64,000 bases of DNA from the human T2T-CHM13v2.0 reference genome, Homo sapiens. The DNA lies in the NCBI RefSeq assembly GCF_009914755.1, contig NC_060929.1. One strand, written 5' to 3'. The translations under genes were made by a program, and so were the position numbers. Below the pieces are notes generated by a model. It saw only the letters and a list, made by a program, of their open reading frames with translations, did no database searches and had not been told where the DNA came from. Positions 59,050 to 64,000 of the stretch are shown here, one piece after another (the first letter of the stretch is position 1; each line of letters opens with the position of its first letter).

Positions 59050-59551
59050 CAGGATTGTCCAATCTTTTGGCTTCCCTGGGCCACACTGGAAGAAGAATTG
59101 TCTTGGGCCACACATAACATACACTAACACTAATGATAGATCTTATAATGTTTTAAGAAAGTTTACAGGCCGGGCACGGTGGCTCATGCCTGTAATCACA
59201 GGACTTTGGGAGGCCGAGGTGGATGGATCACTTGAGGTCAGGAGTTCAAGACCAGCCCGGCCAACATGGTGAAACCCCGTCTCTACTAAAAATACAAAAA
59301 TTAGCCGGGTGTGGTGGTGTGTGCCTGTAATCCCAGCTACTTGGGAGGCTGAGACAGGAGAATTGCTTGAACACAGGAAGCACAGGTTGCAAGGAGCCTA
59401 GATCTCACCACTGCACTCCAGCCTGGGCAACAAAGTAAAACTCTGTCTCAAAATAAAAAAGAAAGAAAGAAAATTTACAAACTTGTGTTGAACCACTTCA
59501 AAGTGATCCTGGGCCACATGCAGCCCATGGGCCAGGGATTGGACAAGCTTG
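59050..59551 (+). mobile_element. MER30 (hAT-Charlie), split by an Alu
   Basis: CAGGATTGTCCAATCTTTTGGCTTCCCTGGGCCACACTGGAAGAAG...TTGGACAAGCTTG; 8-bp TSD GCCTAAAG / GCCTGAAG. Confidence 0.88.
59168..59466 (+). mobile_element. AluS inserted into MER30
   Basis: Full dimer; TSD AAGAAAGTTTACA / AAGAAAATTTACA. Confidence 0.95.
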
Positions 59552-61654
59552 GCCTGAAGGAAAATGTGCTGCCACTCTACTCTCCTATCCTGGAGAGTGT
59601 TTCCAGTTACCAAAATGGGGCTCAGGGCAGAAAACAATAAATTCCCAGCTTAAAAAAGAGTGACAAAAATCTCCCCTTTTCTAAGAACAAATGTTCATTA
59701 AAAAATTTAGGGGGTAAGTATTTTTTGTTGGGTCTGTTTTGGAGAAAAACAATTTATCTCAAAAAATGACTAACACTTATCAGGAGAGACCTATTTATTT
59801 ATGTCTAGATGTTGGTAGTGAAGACTTACCTGCTAACTTGCCTACAGAAATCTCAGACACTGAAAAATACATGAAGAAGATCTGCAGAGGGTCAAGTAAC
59901 AGAAATGTGATAAGGAAAATGGAGTTCCGCCAGTCCTGTAGCCCTCAGCTCCCCCTCACAGAGCATGTTCTTACACCGTGAGTGAGCAGAGAACATGGTG
60001 TCTTCTGATTAGGCATGAGGCAGTAACAACAACAACAAAAAAACCTCTCGGATTCATTCGGTATTCAAGGTGGGCTGCTGTTGAACAATTTGTTTCACAA
60101 CCAAAAGTTGACAGAACAAATCCAAAACATTTCTGTGTACATGTTTACATGGGCAGCGATTGGCACTGCAGTGGGTCTGAAGGTGTGCCTGAAGTCCCTT
60201 ATGCTTTTTGTAACATTTTCAAATTCATTGCTGTCTTCTAGATGACAGGAAATTCAGGTCTGCCTTCCTCCTGGGAGATCTTTATTCACAGACAAGTCAA
60301 AAACCCTTGACAAAAGGCAACCAAGGGAACTTGTTGACCTTTTAGCTGTCTGCCTAACATCAGTGCAAGTATTGTTCCTTGATAAAACAAGAAATTCAAT
60401 TTAAGGGGAAATTTAGAAGGCATTTGAGGCACTCTCATTTTATTTTACCTCTTGGGCTGTCTTTCAAACTGAGAACAAATGTAAATAAACAAGACCTGTA
60501 CTCTCATTCCAAGGAATAAATAAAAAATATCTGGTCTCACAGCTTGATGTAAATGAGACATTGTCTGTCTCCTTATTTATCTCTCTTTTCAGCCATTTGT
60601 TGAATTTTTTTCCTTACCCTTTCCTATGCACACGCATACACAAATACACACACAAACACATACATATACACAAATTACTAAGAAGTTAAAGCTTTGCTTC
60701 TTTGGGTAGATTTTTTTTTCTTTCTCTATATCATTTGTTACATCTTGAAAAGCTGTATTCTTTTACAAATTAAAAAAAGAGAACAAATCACATCCCAACA
60801 ATGCACTGAGATACTCATTATCTCAGATATTATTATGATAATAATATTAATTATATTTTACCCAAAGGAAAGATACTCAAGTGGAGAGATTGTTAAACTT
60901 TTAATTACATGGAGGCTTATGAGGGTTATACTTTTTGTCTTAACATATATTGACTAATCAAAATTTTTTTTCTCTTGGAGTGGATGTAACATTTATTCAC
61001 CAAACAATTATTTAGTATCAATAATTGTACTGGGATTATAAAGTCAAATAAGACCAAGGTGTTGCCTTCAGAAAGGAACAACCTGAAAGAGGACAGTTAC
61101 AAGGCCAGATCCAGTTCACCAAAACACATGAACTGCATTCACAGATATAAAAGGAAACTCTCCTACATGAAGCACTCACAAAGTATTCTATTTCTAACTA
61201 TTAGAGTCTCATATTTCCATAATTTTTACAGAGACCTCACATTTGAATCTACCCCCACTAAGCTCAGCACTTTTGAGTAATTTAGTAATTCAATGCACTA
61301 TTGGGGTGCCTTGGAACAGTCTGAGTAGGAGAAAGAAGTCTTTTTTAGATCTATCAAATCTATTTTCTAAAAGTAGGTTTGAAGTGCTTACATGACATAG
61401 TACAGTAAAGCATAATAATGAGAGACTCTGAGAGCCTCTTAATGTCTCTGGAATTATCAGTTACTCAAAGGAATGTGCGATGGGTGCCTGTATTAAAGGA
61501 TTCTACCTTCCTAAGGGCAAAAATTGTTGGGAGGGAGGTGGGGAACTTATGTTATCTTCTTTCTTTCACCTTTGTGCTATCCATTCCATCACATATACTA
61601 GGATAAAATCATTCATCATAGTTTCTAACAAAAAAAAAAATCAAAGAAACACAC

Positions 61655-61918
61655 AGGGCAGCCTGGGAAACCTGGTGAAACACTGTCTCTACTAAAAACA
61701 TACCAAAAAAATTAACTAGGTGTGGTGGTGTGCATTTGTGGTCCCAGCTACCCAGGAGGCTGATGTGGGAAAAATCACCTGAGCTCAGAAAGTCAAGGCT
61801 GCAGTGAGCTGTGATCATGACAGTGCACTCCAGCCTGGGCTACAAGAGTAAGAACTTCCCCCACCCCCCACCACCCCCACAGCCTGCACCCAAAAAAAGA
61901 AAAAGAAAAAGAAAAAAA
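61655..61918 (+). mobile_element. 5'-truncated AluJ with a C-rich insert before the A tail
   Basis: End of left arm plus right arm; TSD AAAGAAACAC at 61643 and 61919. Confidence 0.85.
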
Positions 61919-62369
61919 AAAGAAACACGAAGTGGTAACTGCTAAGCTAGAGAATAAAGAACATTTTTTGGTTTGGTCCTCCCATTAAACCTAGGTCTTT
62001 ACACATAAATAGGTAGGTGCCTGAGTCTGAACTCATGAACATTCGTGGATGGAGTACATCATTGTCCCATTTGGCTCCACTTCAACTCACCCACTAAGGG
62101 GATAACTCTAGTCCAATTCATTAACCCAAGGACACATAATCTGGGACTGACTGGGACAGGGAGCATGAGCCAAATGGAAAATGTGACTCCTGCAGGGTTT
62201 TGCCACTGAGTGACTCCAGAGGGCTTCCAGTGCAGCTGGGAGCCAGGCTTCAGAACCAACCTGCCTCATCACAGCATGGCAAAGAAGAAACTGAACAAAA
62301 GTACCAATGCATTACTATGCACACATGTCAGTCCCTGATTAAAATATAATTCTCAAAAGCCAAGGCCAC

Positions 62370-62736
62370 TGCTATGGTTTGAATGCTTGTTTTCTCCAAA
62401 AATTCATGTTGAAATTTAATTGCCATTGCAACAGTATTGGGAGGTGGGCACTTTAAGAGGCGCTTAGATCATGAGAGTTCCACCCTCATGAATGAAGTAA
62501 TGTCGTTACTTCAGGAATCCCTTCAACCCCTCTTGCTCTCTATCACCCTCTTTTCCCTTCTGCCATGTGATGATTTCTGCAATGTTATGATGTAGCAAGA
62601 AGGCCCTTGCCAGATACCAGCACCTTGATATTGGACATCCCAGCCTCCAGAACTGTAAACAAATAAATTTCTGGTTATTATAAATTATACAGTCTGTGAC
62701 ATTCTGTTGTCATATCAGTACAAATGGGCTAAGACA
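62370..62736 (+). mobile_element. MST-family (ERVL-MaLR) solo LTR
   Basis: TGCTATGGTTTGAATG...CAGCCTCCAGAACTGTAA...AATAAA...GGGCTAAGACA; TSD GCCAC / GCAAC. Confidence 0.88.
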
Positions 62737-63264
62737 GCAACCCTACTCTCCTTGAAAAATTCTAGAATATCAAAGCTAACTCTCAAGGGCTCTCAGTGTT
62801 GTGATTAGAATGGCTGCATAGTGCCCCAGACACATGACTTTCAGCTCAGGTTTTCTATCATATAACACTTAGCTCACAGCCTGCAGCAGCAATTGTGGCA
62901 TGCCTTTGTCATTGCCAGACCATGAAGCCAGACACCAGTCAAAGCCAAGCCTGAGACCTGTTCTGAGACTTTATCAGGAGAATTGACACCAAGGGCTTTC
63001 AATTTGTTTTTACCTTGACACAGTAAGAAATACTTCATGCTATTCAGTAACAAACACTGTAAACACACACACACACACACACAAATAATCATAAAACCAA
63101 GACCAAAGTTTTACCCAAAAATAATGATTATACTTACAATACGCACGGTACTCCAAATTTTTCCAGTTTATTTTATTTGAATTTTAAATTTCTGGGTTTG
63201 ATCCACTAAGTTGATTTCAAGACCCAATGATTCACTATCTGTGGTTTAAAAAATAATCCCAATC

Positions 63265-63308
<44 letters not shown>
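63265..63308. repeat. (TA)n(CA)n compound microsatellite
   Basis: Seen directly. Confidence 0.95.
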
Positions 63309-63439
63309 GACCCCTAACTTGCTCAATACAGTTTCAAGACTGCCGAGTCCATGGAACAGAATGAAGGTGTGTGGTATAAACAATGAAATGCCTACCACAT
63401 ATGAGACTTTACATGCTCATTTAGATGTAGACAAGAATA

Positions 63440-63750
63440 TGACAAACATTCTTTGCTTGGCCAAACTTAGGCTCTGAATATTCTTCTAGGCCCGTCTGTA
63501 TACTTCCTAATAAAATCTAGTTTTAGCAATCTCTACTAGGTCAATTTAATAAGAAACCCTCCCACTCCCACTCTCACTCTCAATATCTTATCACTCTCAT
63601 ATTTGATTGGGTTCCTCATCCTCTACCATCCCCCATGAAATATCTGATTGGCCTGGCCCGTCTTCAACAAGGATCCTGTTGGATCAGTTTAGCCAGAATC
63701 TTCCTTAGCTCTGTTGTTTCCTACTAGTAATTTTCCATCCACTGACCCTT
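63440..63750 (+). mobile_element. MER31-like ERV1 LTR, 5' part, interrupted by LTR7
   Basis: TGACAAACATTCTTTGCTTGGCCAAACTT...AGTTTTAGCAA...CAGTTTAGCCAGAATC...TAATTTTCCATCCACTGACCC. Confidence 0.65.
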
Positions 63751-63751
63751 C

Positions 63752-64000
63752 TTTCACTCGCGTTCGCATGAAGAGACCACCAAATAGGCTTTGTGTGAGC
63801 AATAAAGCTTTTTAATCACCTGGCTGCATGCAGGCTGAGTCCGAAAAGAGAGTCAGTGAAGGGAGATGGGGTGGGGCCATTTTATAAGATTTGGGTAGGT
63901 AAAGGAAAATTACAGTCAAAGTGGGGTTGTTCTCTGGTGGGCAGGAGTGGGGGGTCACAAGGTACTCAGTGGGGGAGCTTTTTTGAGCCAGGATGAGCCA
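63752..64000 (-). mobile_element. HERV-H LTR (LTR7 family, probably LTR7B/C/Y), truncated by the window edge
   Basis: TTTCACTCGCGTTCGCATGAAGAGACCACCAAA...GAGTCCGAAAAGAGAGTCAG...TTTTATAAGATTTGGG is the reverse complement of LTR7 U5-R-U3 including the TATA box. Confidence 0.92.

Noticed and set aside
62200-62230. CTCF-like CCAGAGGGC
   Set aside because: Only a partial match to the core motif; not supportable without ChIP data

Overview
AT-rich, CpG-depleted primate (most likely human or other simian) non-coding genomic DNA, either intronic or intergenic. Alu, L1PA, THE1 and LTR7 elements fix the lineage. I find no intact cellular protein-coding gene, RNA gene, CpG island, CRISPR array or prokaryotic system. 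All long ORFs come from transposons. Main elements: a full-length Tigger1 with an Alu inserted (10-2720); a full-length but disabled L1PA4-6-type LINE-1 with TSDs inside a MIR (39404-45524, minus), which keeps the 129-bp ZNF93-target segment and a 60-aa ORF0; a three-layer nest of AluJ, a full MaLR provirus and a THE1 solo LTR (46122-49066); old L1M/L2/MIR debris; several solo LTRs; and an HERV-H LTR7 running off the right edge. The least routine observations are a 74-bp dispersed duplication (4751/6258), a tail-less internal L1 fragment forming an inverted repeat with the neighbouring L1, an AT-rich nested palindrome, and a few candidate exons and enhancers. The sequence does not support a new biological system. 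Subfamily names are from memory of consensus sequences, not from a RepeatMasker run.
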